DNA of 64,000 nt, taken from Trypanosoma brucei. Taxonomy: Eukaryota. The position numbers and the translations under genes were made by a program. Under the pieces are notes generated by a model, which worked only from the letters and a program-made list of their open reading frames with translations, made no database searches and was not told where the DNA came from. The stretch spans positions 1,664,001 to 1,728,000 of the forward strand of contig CH464491.1 in NCBI GenBank assembly GCA_000002445.1. The letters run 5' to 3'. Below, piece by piece: positions 9,682 to 20,170 of the stretch. Numbering within the stretch: position 1 is the stretch's first letter; each line of letters opens with the position of its first letter.

Positions 9682-11571
9682 CTACAATAAGCCATAGAGG
9701 TCGTGAAAAGATGCATGACGGAGGTCAAATACTTCCCTCAACATAACGAAGGGAGATGAGTCCTCGGGGAGGTAGCAAGAAAGTACAACGGAGTTTGGCC
9801 CCCGGTGCGTCTTCAATATTTCTTCCATTTTTTCCGTAAAGCGTTCCGACACGTTATACACGCAGGGCTCGCGAACTCTCGTCGAATAGTCTATATCCCC
9901 GATTTGTACGAGTTTCCGCTCTTGCATAACCGCAAGGTCAGACTTAATCGATGTCAGAGAGTTTGGGTCTCGAATTACAGACACTTGCATATTGACAGGT
10001 TTTGTTATCAAATGCCGGTAGAACTGTAGTGGGTTTGACAGAGGGGATGGCATCTGTTCATCGAACAGAAATGACATCCCGTGCTTCGTCGCAAACTCCA
10101 CATAAAGTTTTTTATCCAGAGGCGATAAATGGGGAAAAAGGCAATTATTGGCAGCTACTGAACCGTACGGAACTGGGAGAACAACATCAGTTATCTTAAA
10201 GGTTCCCTTCTCCTCATCGTCTTTGGTCACTAAATGATAGTTGCCACAGTTGTTAGGCAATGAAGAGGAGTCACAACCTGAGACGCTATCAGCGGGACCC
10301 ATACGGACTACATCCCCTTCAACGACATTTAAACCCTTGGACAACAGTCGCTGTGAGGCCATGGCGTTCCATACAAATTCGGCAGCGCTACGTCGCAGTG
10401 CCTCACGCATCGGAAGGGCGCTCCATAGCTCAGCGAGGTACGATGACTTCCCACATTCGGCGTCTGCGTGATATTTATGAAGGCCCCTCAATAACTGTAC
10501 AATCCAGTTGGGTGAGCGCATGTGCTTAGCAGTGGTGGCCCATGTCTGTGCAATGCCAGGGACCGTACTGGGATCGGCGTTGAGATACTTCAGAAAGTGA
10601 TCATAGTGCACACCGTTGCTTTCCGCGACGCAATGGAGCAGGGCCCCTATAGACTTCAGGTAGTCTCCCCTCGCAGCCAACACGGCCATGTCAAAGAACC
10701 GGTTTGTTCCAACACTAAACCTGTCTAACCAAAAATAATTAATAAATCCCCTTTCTGCCGTCTTCTTCAGCAAGGCCTTTATGGTGTCCTGGCTTCCTTC
10801 CACGCACCTCAAGAGAACACGGTGGTGGTGACCACGCGCCCCCTGTAACAAGGAATGCAGCTTATCAGTTGAAAAGTACTCCCGCGGTTCAAAAATCAGG
10901 GGATGCAGATTGTAATGTCGCGATGCATGTGACAAAATCTCCTTTGTTACTCCTAGGCAGACGCCGTGCTGGGTGATACAACCAAATGAACCTCCGGGTT
11001 GGTCCCGTAAGAAAACGCAGTCGGGTTGAAGCGAAAGCACATACCCGAGGCGGTTTTCCACACTATTTAGCGAATAAGAGTCACGATACAAGACGAAGCG
11101 CAGAACTGGAAGATCCCGCGGAAGTTTTCCCGTTAGTCGCACATATTCGCCATAGCTCTGTACACGTGGGGAAAAAGACTTGGACGGGTCGCTAAATGGT
11201 GTCCTGGCATCGTCTTCAATGAGAAGGGTCTTCTGCCTGGATATTTTGCGCCACTTCCCTTTTACAACTTTTGACAGCGCAGCCACGTCCCCGACGGCAT
11301 CAACTTCATTTACCTGAAGGTCGCTTGGTTGTGCTTTTACCACAGCTACAGGAAGTTGGTCATTTTTCGCCAGCGGCTGACAAATGTCTCTAATTCGCAA
11401 CAGAAGACCTGAATGTTTCTCTTCATCGCTAAGATCGCGGCCACAACGCCATTCGCTTGGAGACGAAACGAGCCCTGACGTTGGTCTACTGAGCGCCCAC
11501 CGCACGATAGGGCCCCTTGAACTTACCTTCATGAACCTCTGTCGCACATTTTTCAAATTAATTCGCGACAA
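9682..11571 (-). CDS. Conserved hypothetical protein, 629 aa. Possibly a TruD/Pus7-like pseudouridine synthase.
   Basis: Long ORF in transcription-unit orientation. The segment GFINYFWLDRFSVGTNRF resembles the TruD/Pus7 motif (F/I)NYFGxQRFG. The catalytic GxKD motif is only weakly visible (LVTKDDE). The intergenic gap to the upstream gene is only 172 bp, so the true start may be a downstream Met. Confidence 0.3.
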   Translation of the reverse strand: MSRINLKNVRQRFMKVSSRGPIVRWALSRPTSGLVSSPSEWRCGRDLSDEEKHSGLLLRIRDICQPLAKNDQLPVAVVKAQPSDLQVNEVDAVGDVAALSKVVKGKWRKISRQKTLLIEDDARTPFSDPSKSFSPRVQSYGEYVRLTGKLPRDLPVLRFVLYRDSYSLNSVENRLGYVLSLQPDCVFLRDQPGGSFGCITQHGVCLGVTKEILSHASRHYNLHPLIFEPREYFSTDKLHSLLQGARGHHHRVLLRCVEGSQDTIKALLKKTAERGFINYFWLDRFSVGTNRFFDMAVLAARGDYLKSIGALLHCVAESNGVHYDHFLKYLNADPSTVPGIAQTWATTAKHMRSPNWIVQLLRGLHKYHADAECGKSSYLAELWSALPMREALRRSAAEFVWNAMASQRLLSKGLNVVEGDVVRMGPADSVSGCDSSSLPNNCGNYHLVTKDDEEKGTFKITDVVLPVPYGSVAANNCLFPHLSPLDKKLYVEFATKHGMSFLFDEQMPSPLSNPLQFYRHLITKPVNMQVSVIRDPNSLTSIKSDLAVMQERKLVQIGDIDYSTRVREPCVYNVSERFTEKMEEILKTHRGPNSVVLSCYLPEDSSPFVMLREVFDLRHASFHDLYGLL

Positions 11572-11743
11572 AACCGGAAGAAGAGCAACACGGGAGGACG
11601 AACTGGTAGGTCACGGACACAAAGGCTCAGAACAAAATGTGCACGCAGTAAGCGGCAGGTGTTCGAGAAGGGGGGAAATGGAGAGAATTATAGGACGATC
11701 ACGAAACATGTGAGAATTTTTTAAAAAAAAAGTCACTCATAAA

Positions 11744-13123
11744 CTAACTGAGCATTGACCACGATACTTTCTTGCCATCGACAAATTTTTGCACCGTTCC
11801 GTCCGCCCCGTCGACAGCATATGAGGCGTCCATATTATCCTTCCATGGATTGTACGGATTATCAATAAAGGACTTGTACATGTCGCTTTCAGCTTCCTCC
11901 GTACGAGCGGCCGCCTCCATTTGGATTGTTTTTAGTGAAGGCACGCAATCACCAAGAGCTTCGGAATCAAGATAACCATATTCGGGCAACTGATTGCGAA
12001 TGTGTGGCGGTAGTATCTGCAACTTGTGCTCGTAGAGCTCGTCCTCTAACTGCATTAGCGCCCCTTCAGTAATGACCAGCCTGTCGTGTTTCATTGCATC
12101 GTAGGCATTGAATCGATTAATAGGAATAGGATTCTTCGCTCCCTTGGGGCCTTTCATTCGCTGCTTGGCCGCCGTTTTGTTGTAATCATACTGCTCATCA
12201 CATAGAACGGTGGGGCGAACAATCTTGTTCCTCCCGTTAAAGAAGCTTCCAAAGAAAAAGGCTCTGTCAAACTCACTACTGGGTGTAATGCGGGAACCCC
12301 CGTCCATGAAAAGTACCCCACCACCCGTATGTCGCACGTCCCATGACATATTACGGCACAGTTCCAAGTAACACTCTTGCGTAGGCTCCTCCAACGTGAG
12401 ACGGTCCACGACCTGTAATCTCCCTTGCAACATCTTTAGCGTGAGCATCATACGATTGCTTTTGCTCCATGTTTTGACATCCATCGTGGGCATCAGCATG
12501 TTCCATGGCTTTGAGGGTTTGGTACGACCACCCCATGTGTACAAGTGATTTTTTCGGTTACCCACGCGGGGCATTCCCATACCTGTGTTGGGCCAGTTCT
12601 TTTTGGCCTTTCGCCATATCTCCCGTGTTTCATAGTCCCACTTGCTCGCAAAATTCTGACAGCGAACCATCCAATACGTGAGATTTTTACTCAGCTCCTC
12701 TACCTCAGGATACATACCAAAAATAAAAGGATCTAACTCACGCGTGTATATGACTTCATTCTTCAAGTTAAACACCGGTGCTATGATACGCTCCTTCATC
12801 GTGCCGTATGTGTAGACAATTGGCTTCGTTGTACTAAAGTGGGGAAGCTCAGGAAGCGGCGCTGTAAAGTATGGATGAGAGCGCTGAGGGGAAGGAATAT
12901 ACGGCGATATGACAGGCCGAGTGATGGTATTGTGTGGGTGGTGCAAAGGAAGGGGATGCGCCCCGGGCAACACATGTTGTGGTCCTTGGTACAAAAAGTC
13001 TCCCTCATCACGCGGGGCGATATCATGAACACCAGACGTGCGCCAGTCGTATCTGGGGCTAAAAATGCTAGAGTGCCGCTTTCCAAATGTCGCCAAAACT
13101 ACGGAGAAAGAGACGCGGCGCAT
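11744..13123 (-). CDS. Conserved hypothetical protein, 459 aa.
   Basis: Long uninterrupted ORF in transcription-unit orientation with non-repetitive composition. No family motif recognised. Confidence 0.55.
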   Translation of the reverse strand: MRRVSFSVVLATFGKRHSSIFSPRYDWRTSGVHDIAPRDEGDFLYQGPQHVLPGAHPLPLHHPHNTITRPVISPYIPSPQRSHPYFTAPLPELPHFSTTKPIVYTYGTMKERIIAPVFNLKNEVIYTRELDPFIFGMYPEVEELSKNLTYWMVRCQNFASKWDYETREIWRKAKKNWPNTGMGMPRVGNRKNHLYTWGGRTKPSKPWNMLMPTMDVKTWSKSNRMMLTLKMLQGRLQVVDRLTLEEPTQECYLELCRNMSWDVRHTGGGVLFMDGGSRITPSSEFDRAFFFGSFFNGRNKIVRPTVLCDEQYDYNKTAAKQRMKGPKGAKNPIPINRFNAYDAMKHDRLVITEGALMQLEDELYEHKLQILPPHIRNQLPEYGYLDSEALGDCVPSLKTIQMEAAARTEEAESDMYKSFIDNPYNPWKDNMDASYAVDGADGTVQKFVDGKKVSWSMLS

Positions 13124-13601
13124 AGCATAAAGCCTGCTGCTCAGTTAGATATCAGTAGATTTCCGGCGATGGTCCCCTCCCCTCTTCCTAATCCCTCACA
13201 CACTGTTTTCAACTAAAGCCGTCCCTCAGAGTTGACAAGGAGGGAAATGCCCGCCAAGAAATGAAAAGATGAGAGAAAGATAGAAGTGGGCAACGTGTTT
13301 GTGCTGCGTGGTGAGTGACAGTGTGAGCAAGGAAGAGCACGGCAACCGTGGAACGAAAGTTAAATCTACAAATGGAGTTCGCAAATACTTGTGTGTATCC
13401 CTACAGAGTGAAGGTCACTCACTAATTCCTGTTGATGAGAAGCGCATCCAAGTCGCCCCTACTTCTTCCTTGTTGTCATTGCACTCTTTACCACTTCCGT
13501 ACGTCACCTTCTCCCCTTCTCTTCTTGTTTAATAAAGCCTCTTTTCCCTCGGCACAAAGTCACAGGTCACTCGATTACTCAATTTCGGGAACCGATGGCA
13601 G

Positions 13602-14147
13602 TTATACGAGCTCCCTTTTTTCAAGCAATTCCCTTAGTTGTTGGTTCTCCACTCGCAAGCGTTTGATTTCACTGCGCGCCTCTTGCAACTGTTGCCTGAG
13701 CAATGTATTCGCTTCATCGAGCACGGTGTATCGCTCTAATGAGATCTTACTAGCATTGTCTAGAAGACTGATCTGCAGCTCCGCCGCCCCCAACCGGTCA
13801 CGGAGAGCAGTGGCATCGGCAGGTGACCCACCCTCACAGGCATCAACGGGTTCAGTTGCCACGATTGCCTTCCCCACCTTCGCAGCATGACGACAAGAAA
13901 ATGAAGAGGAACTAGTGATGAAATTTGGAAATAGCGAAACCGCACGCGGGAGGGGTAATCGAGGGTTCCTAAGCGCCAACACGACTCCCGTATCCTCCAC
14001 AGCGCAGCGTTCCGATAAAGTGCTGAGGTGGCGAAGGGTTGCGCAGGGAGCGCTAAGGGAGCGGTTTATCACAAGCACCTGATCGGCACCGCGCATGCAG
14101 ATCCGGAGAAAAGAATTATCTAGTGAGCGGATACAAACCAGAGACAC
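13602..14147 (-). CDS. Hypothetical coiled-coil protein, 181 aa.
   Basis: ORF in transcription-unit orientation. The C-terminal 45 aa are a heptad-like Q/L/E/R run (LLRQQLQEARSEIKRLRVENQQLRELLEKRELV). Confidence 0.3.
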   Translation of the reverse strand: MSLVCIRSLDNSFLRICMRGADQVLVINRSLSAPCATLRHLSTLSERCAVEDTGVVLALRNPRLPLPRAVSLFPNFITSSSSFSCRHAAKVGKAIVATEPVDACEGGSPADATALRDRLGAAELQISLLDNASKISLERYTVLDEANTLLRQQLQEARSEIKRLRVENQQLRELLEKRELV

Positions 14148-14403
14148 AGGGGGAAAAAAAAAGAAGATAAGAAAGAGGAGAGTTATGTGTGTACAAGACG
14201 ATCATCAACTACAGGTGTAATAACAGCACAGTTGTCATTTTCGTCGTTACAACACTATTCTTCCGAATTTGGAGAGCTAATCTAACTATTCTACATCCCC
14301 AACTCTATTTCGCCACCCCGCCGTTGACATAGCAAGTGTAGGGATTTATATATAAAAAATAAACACGTTAAGTTAGGTTCAGTCAAAAGAAAAAAACAGA
14401 AAA

Positions 14404-15213
14404 TTAGTACTTCCCATATCTCCTGTAGGTCGTTGCTCGCGTAAGATGAGGGCGGTGGTACGCAAAGTCGCCATAACGATTTGATAACTCCGCGAACCAG
14501 CTAACGTCTATTGATTCACTCAGAGGTGGAATGATATTATCTGCCCTTTGCTGTATCTGGTACCATGTTCCAAAAGCTCCACAATCCTCTAGCAGCAGAT
14601 CCTCATAGGAAGGAATATAATCTAAACAAGGCGATGAAGAGCAGCTGAAAGGGTGGTCGCACCACTCCACAGAAGCAGCCGCCCCTGGCGTATCAGCCAC
14701 TTTCAAATCGACAGAACACGCCTTTCCGCCTACAACTCTTACTTCATGAACCTCTTGTGGTTCTGTACGAGGTACCGATACCCCTGCATTCGCAGAGCGA
14801 CTCCGTTCAATCGGTGAAACGTTGGGAAACAACGGTGGAAGATGAGTTGGTGTAACAGTTATCTCACCGCTTGTGTCGTCCTCTTCCTCTCCTTCCCCAC
14901 GTCGAGAGGACTCCGATATGGTTGTTGCACAGCACTGGTAATACCGCTCCACTTGAGGAGGAGGAGTGCCTGGAGATGTCATTTCAGATATTTCCATAGT
15001 TAGATATGAGTAGTCCACACATTCGCCTTTAGAAGAGTTTATCTCTTTGGAAGTATCCGCACGCAGTCGGGAAACAGGACTCGCGGCAGATAAAGATTCA
15101 CCAAACCCTCTGAAGCTTTCAGGACTGCCAAGAGATTGCAAGCACTCACTAAATGGGGGAAGATTCACTCGTCCCTGATATTTAAAGGGGTTACGCGGTG
15201 ACACATCAAACAT
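14404..15213 (-). CDS. Hypothetical acidic S/P/E-rich protein, 269 aa.
   Basis: ORF in transcription-unit orientation. It contains an acidic block (EGEEEDDTSGE). No recognisable domain. Confidence 0.35.
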   Translation of the reverse strand: MFDVSPRNPFKYQGRVNLPPFSECLQSLGSPESFRGFGESLSAASPVSRLRADTSKEINSSKGECVDYSYLTMEISEMTSPGTPPPQVERYYQCCATTISESSRRGEGEEEDDTSGEITVTPTHLPPLFPNVSPIERSRSANAGVSVPRTEPQEVHEVRVVGGKACSVDLKVADTPGAAASVEWCDHPFSCSSSPCLDYIPSYEDLLLEDCGAFGTWYQIQQRADNIIPPLSESIDVSWFAELSNRYGDFAYHRPHLTRATTYRRYGKY

Positions 15214-15612
15214 ACCTAAAAATATATATAAATAGTCTACTAAGTAAAGGTAAATATTAGTATTTCAGGAGGGGGAAAGGGACAAATAACACAGGTAGAG
15301 TAATATTTTTGACAAGAACACGATCACATAAAAATTTAAAAGGCTGACTCAACAGGTGTATCGTCAGCGACAAAATAAGACGCGGTTGAGTCTGCTTCTT
15401 CCTTGACCTCTTTTGCCGTTCCTTCAAGCGTTCTGTCAGGGTTAAAGTGAGTTCTCCCTCATTAATCCCAGTCGGCGGCCCGGAACGCATCAGCAGAAGC
15501 AGGTTTCTGTGCATTGCCCTCCTTAACGGGTGTACACCGCCCGTAGCTGCCTGCATTTAATCCTCAGTCTCGCCCACACATTCAGAGAATTTTACACCCC
15601 AACCTAATTATT

Positions 15613-15632
15613 ACACACACACACACACACAC
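15613..15632. repeat. (CA)10 microsatellite.
   Basis: Seen directly: acacacacacacacacacac. Confidence 0.85.
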
Positions 15633-16001
15633 GCATCAGACTAAAAGTCAGGCCAATCACATTCCAACGAGCAATAAATACATGCCAGCAGTCTAAAAGT
15701 GTCTCCTACCATGATGGACTTGTACTAACTATGCAAAACCCAAACACAAACAAAGGTGAAGAAAAATGGAGAAAGATATTGCATGGATGGCCGGTGTCTG
15801 TACTACACACATTGCATTTCCAATTGGGGTAAAGAAACGAACATATAAGGAGGATGGGTTTATGTTACACAGCAAAACTATCGTATCGGAAGGCAACCAG
15901 TCAAACAACCTCAGAGGATGGGAATCCAACAACGAAGTGTGGGGACCATATGACAGAATGAATATACACAAGAAAAACAACAACAACAACAACAAATATT
16001 A

Positions 16002-16694
16002 TCAGAGCATAGTGCATCCCGATTTCTTTTTCCTATTTGCAATGCCGGGCGACTCCTCCTCATGCTCGTCTACCAGATCCACTGAAGGTAACTCCAGTTG
16101 GTGAACCTCATCGCGGACCTCTGAAATGGTCGCTGCAGGGGGGAAAATAACATTAGGACTTCGACATTCCAACCATGACTCCTCTCCACGGATGCTTCGC
16201 ACTAAAGTCTCGAATACGGCCGCTGCCATGGAATGATCCTTTGCTGTAACCTCCAGCAGCGGATACATAAATTGTGCGGCAAACTTGCTTGCCTCTTCAC
16301 TACTCACCGCACGGTGCTTCACCTCATCTACTTTATTACCGACAAGAACGCAGGGTATTGATGGAGACCCCCTCGCGCGACAAAGTTGCGTGTGAATCGC
16401 CTTGATATGGGAGAAGCTTTCAGCGTCTATCACGCTGTACACGAGAATAACGCCATGACATTTCCGTATATATTTGTAACGCATTCCACCGAATACATCC
16501 TGCCCGGAAGTGTCGACTATTGTAAGCACGGTAGGTTGTGCATCCACCTCTACTGCCTTTTGGTACACGTCCTCAATCGTGGCTTCATACTTCACAACGA
16601 AGCGGTTTCGAACGTACTGAATGATGAGGGAACTCTTTCCAACACCGCCGTCACCCAAAACGACGAGGTTAATATTCCTCATCCCTGTTTTCAC
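16002..16694 (-). CDS. Ras-family small GTPase with a C-terminal CAAX box, 230 aa.
   Basis: G1 GDGGVGKS, switch region YEATIED, G3 DTSGQD (Ser replaces the usual Ala), G4 NKVD, G5 TAKD. The C-terminus is CTML, a prenylation signal. The acidic insert (DEHEEES) before the CAAX box is atypical. Confidence 0.8.
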   Translation of the reverse strand: MKTGMRNINLVVLGDGGVGKSSLIIQYVRNRFVVKYEATIEDVYQKAVEVDAQPTVLTIVDTSGQDVFGGMRYKYIRKCHGVILVYSVIDAESFSHIKAIHTQLCRARGSPSIPCVLVGNKVDEVKHRAVSSEEASKFAAQFMYPLLEVTAKDHSMAAAVFETLVRSIRGEESWLECRSPNVIFPPAATISEVRDEVHQLELPSVDLVDEHEEESPGIANRKKKSGCTML

Positions 16695-17593
16695 TGGAGA
16701 AACTTGAGGGAAAATAAAAAAAGAAGGGGTAAAGAATGATAAGAATGATTAATAATAATAATAATAAAGAAACACTTCAATGAACATAATTTCCTTTCAT
16801 TTCCTGCCGATTCCTTTAGGGTGGACGGCCACGCTCAAACAGTGCCACTGCCCTCGCCTGCTCTTGCTGCTACAAAACACTTCACACACAGAGAGAAAAA
16901 AAAAATGCATTTAGATTCTGCGTTTTCGTCAGTGTGCGTGCGCGTGCGTGTCTGTAAGCATAATAGTGGGTCAATAAATTGAAAATAAAGAAAACAAATA
17001 AATAAACACTTTTTCTTAAGAATGAAAAAAAAAAGACGCGGAAACAAACATATCGATGACAAAAGGTAACACAAGTCAACTGCAAACAGGCAGCGACATA
17101 AAACGGAGGAAAAAAAAAAGAAAGGAAGAAAAGGCTTCACATAATATAACCATAGATGCACACATAATTTTCACAAAACAGATTCTGTTCTCCGTCCATT
17201 TTTTTGGCAGGTGTGACTCACATCTGAACTAAAAGAAAATAAAAAGAAACCAACGCTCACTCACCGCAACCAAGCACATATGTATGCATACAGGCAAATA
17301 TAAACCTTTAAGGCAGAAATGATGCCGAGGTGCAAGCCAAGTTAACAGGCGCGACGACGGAGAGAACAAAAAAAATGGAAAAAAGGCTTCAAAAAAAAAA
17401 AAGTAATAAAAAGAAAGATAATATTTATTCACGCTTTCATTCATTCACCCACACACTAACTCATGGAGGTATTTATGAAAAAGACACCAAACAACAGAAG
17501 AAAATAAATACGAAGAAACCCATGGGACTAAAACTTTAACGAAAAAAAAAAAGACAAAGATATGGAAATACAGAGAAAGATGTGCCTTCTAAG

Positions 17594-19525
17594 TTAATAA
17601 ATGAACCCACCCCTCTTTTTGATTCGCAGGAAAAAATATACTGCCAAGGGGAGAGCCAACACATTGACAATAGCACACACAACAAGAGGAATCCACACGC
17701 ACACAGTCCCCACACATTCACGAACATCCCACAACCCCTGTTTTTTGCTGTAATGATCGTAAATGGGGCCGAAGAGGCCGACGTTGAAAATTATCGGTGA
17801 GACAATTCCTGCGGTGAACAAAACGGCGTAATGCTTACCGCAGCTTGTTGGAGCAAACAAACTTTTAATTACAAGAATTGTACTTCCCCAAGACACACCA
17901 GTCGCAAGACCAATGATAAAAAAAGGGAGGAACAACGCACTCTTCGGAATAAAAATAAACAAAGGCAAACCAATAATATTCAGAACAGGAGCTCCGCAAA
18001 GAAATATAGATATGGGTATCTTACGGCTGACAAGCATGGGGTGAATCGAACCCACAATCACACGGCCAACGGCACTGGCCACGCCGTAAATGGAGACGTA
18101 TGCCACATTGACCGTTGAAGAGTAGTTATCAAAGTTAAGTGCTTTGTAAATCTGCGTGCTGTTTGTTGAAACCAAAGTTGCCGAGCTCCATGCCGCAAGG
18201 CACGAGTACCACATAACCCACATCTCACGCCTGAGAATGTTTGTGAGCAGCGAGTCGCCGTTCAACTTTATTCCCTGCAACTCCGCAACAACTTCGCTGT
18301 TATTCACGGTTCGCTCGTGGTTGCTCCTTTCCGCAGCCCTTCGCCCCTCTTCGTTAGGGTTCAAAAGGTTATCCCCATTTTGCGGTTCGGTGGGCTCTCG
18401 TTCATTCAGTCCATTTGTATCATCTTTTGAAACGCCTCTGCCACGCCCAATCCCCTCTGCATCAGGTGCATTTACGTCACAACGTCTCGCTGTTTCATTA
18501 TCCACAGCTTCAGTGGGTGCCCGCTGTGAATTACAATTATTTTGTCCGGGCACTGTAGTGGTCATCTCGTCCACCAAATGGGAACTCCACGATGAGTTCG
18601 CAGACCGAGAGTGGTACCCACCCACATTATTGGAGTAGCTCGGCGTTGCAAGGATCATAAACAAGAAGCTCACGCACAAAATAATTGTGGTGATTCCTAT
18701 AATATGACGATCAGAAACAGATATTTCACGGTAATTCTCTACCATTGTCACGATGAAGGTGTACATGATGGCAACGAAGAGAATCCCGGTCCCTACGTTG
18801 AACGGAACTTTGAATAGCGAAGATTCGCCACCTCCGCTCGCAACAACACCCTTGTCAGGGATGCTCAATCCCAAGCATTGCGTCTTCTCGGTTGGCAAAC
18901 GAACGAACAGTGTTCCAAGTACGCCAACAGTAAACGAGTACAACACCAAAAAAAGGAAGAAGGGCCATATACCGTCGAAGTGAATCTCAAAGAAGGCAAT
19001 GTAAATTTGAACGATAAGGGAGCTTCCAAGACCCATAAACGTTTTCTGTACAAGAATCACGCGTCCCTGATAGCATATAAATGCATCCAGATTAGTTAGG
19101 AGACTCCCCGTCTCATAAAAGCTGGCTGAAAACTGTGAAATGGCGTAGAAGAGACTCATTACCCAAAGACTGGTCCCCATCAAAGGATCCTCAGGTTTGA
19201 GAAAAATTAGCATCATACCAAGCCACCCTACCACATTCAGCACCGTTCCCACCATGAGGGTTACCTTTGGACCCTTTGCGTCGTACAAGAATCCTGTCGG
19301 TAGCGAAAAGTAGCTAAAAATGACACCGATGGTGGACAGAACATTCACCTGAGATTGGTTAAACATAAATGCACCACCCTTCATGAATGGGGTAAATATA
19401 CCAAAGCAAAAGCAAGCCCCATTGTTGAGACAGATCAATATGCTAACAAAAAACTGAAGAAACCAGCGTCGTTCCAACGTGCATCCAAGCGCATACGTGC
19501 GCTCTCCAGCTTGCTCCAAATGCAT
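17594..19525 (-). CDS. Polytopic membrane transporter of the MFS / nodulin-like family, 643 aa.
   Basis: About 12 predicted hydrophobic helices are split by a ~150-aa hydrophilic N/S/E-rich central loop. The N-terminal half (FGIFTPFMKGGAFMFNQSQVNVLSTIGV...) resembles the nodulin-like MFS proteins of trypanosomatids. Confidence 0.5.
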   Translation of the reverse strand: MHLEQAGERTYALGCTLERRWFLQFFVSILICLNNGACFCFGIFTPFMKGGAFMFNQSQVNVLSTIGVIFSYFSLPTGFLYDAKGPKVTLMVGTVLNVVGWLGMMLIFLKPEDPLMGTSLWVMSLFYAISQFSASFYETGSLLTNLDAFICYQGRVILVQKTFMGLGSSLIVQIYIAFFEIHFDGIWPFFLFLVLYSFTVGVLGTLFVRLPTEKTQCLGLSIPDKGVVASGGGESSLFKVPFNVGTGILFVAIMYTFIVTMVENYREISVSDRHIIGITTIILCVSFLFMILATPSYSNNVGGYHSRSANSSWSSHLVDEMTTTVPGQNNCNSQRAPTEAVDNETARRCDVNAPDAEGIGRGRGVSKDDTNGLNEREPTEPQNGDNLLNPNEEGRRAAERSNHERTVNNSEVVAELQGIKLNGDSLLTNILRREMWVMWYSCLAAWSSATLVSTNSTQIYKALNFDNYSSTVNVAYVSIYGVASAVGRVIVGSIHPMLVSRKIPISIFLCGAPVLNIIGLPLFIFIPKSALFLPFFIIGLATGVSWGSTILVIKSLFAPTSCGKHYAVLFTAGIVSPIIFNVGLFGPIYDHYSKKQGLWDVRECVGTVCVWIPLVVCAIVNVLALPLAVYFFLRIKKRGGFIY

Positions 19526-19935
19526 TGGACTTCAGAAGGAAAACAAAAACAAAACACTCCCTATTGATGTTCCCTCAATCTAAACGAAAGGAGGAATGAA
19601 AACAAAAAAATGGAAAAAGAAACGTTTATATATTTTTATCACTACTACTAAACCTCTTAATGATACTATCAATATTACTAACTACACATATAGAGAGAGA
19701 AAAGAAAAGAATCATGTGTGCTGTGTTGCGCAGCAATGGGCAAAAGGGGGAAAAGTAGCACTTTACAGTGACACTAAATCAACAGTAAAAAAAAATAATA
19801 ATAGAAATGAGGAAGTAAAATCATAATAATGCAGATAATGATAATAAAAAGCGTGCTTTTCGTACGCCACCGGTGGAGCGCAGTCTGTTCTACGATGCAG
19901 AAGAAAAGAGAAACATTTGGCATACGTCCATATAT

Positions 19936-19958
19936 GCATATATATATATATATATATG
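19936..19958. repeat. (AT)n microsatellite.
   Basis: Seen directly: atatatatatatatatatatatgtaatatg. Confidence 0.85.
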
Positions 19959-20170
19959 TAATATGTTCCACCGATGCTCGTGTAATCGCACCAGTGAGGT
20001 GTGCGTGAACGAGCCAAAAGAAAAAAAAGGACCTGTGTCTCTCCCCGTCCCACTTCACTTTCCTCAAAAAGGCTTTTTACATATCTAAAGTTTGACCACA
20101 TGAAAATTACATCCGCTGCTGAATGGTGATGAAACCAGGGGAAAAGATCCCTGTAACATCACTTACTCAC

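Noticed and set aside
16835-17539. Several 60-110-aa ORFs in the spacer between the Ras-like GTPase and the MFS gene.
   Set aside because: They are translations of homopolymeric purine or pyrimidine tracts (F/L/K-rich) and so are not protein-like.
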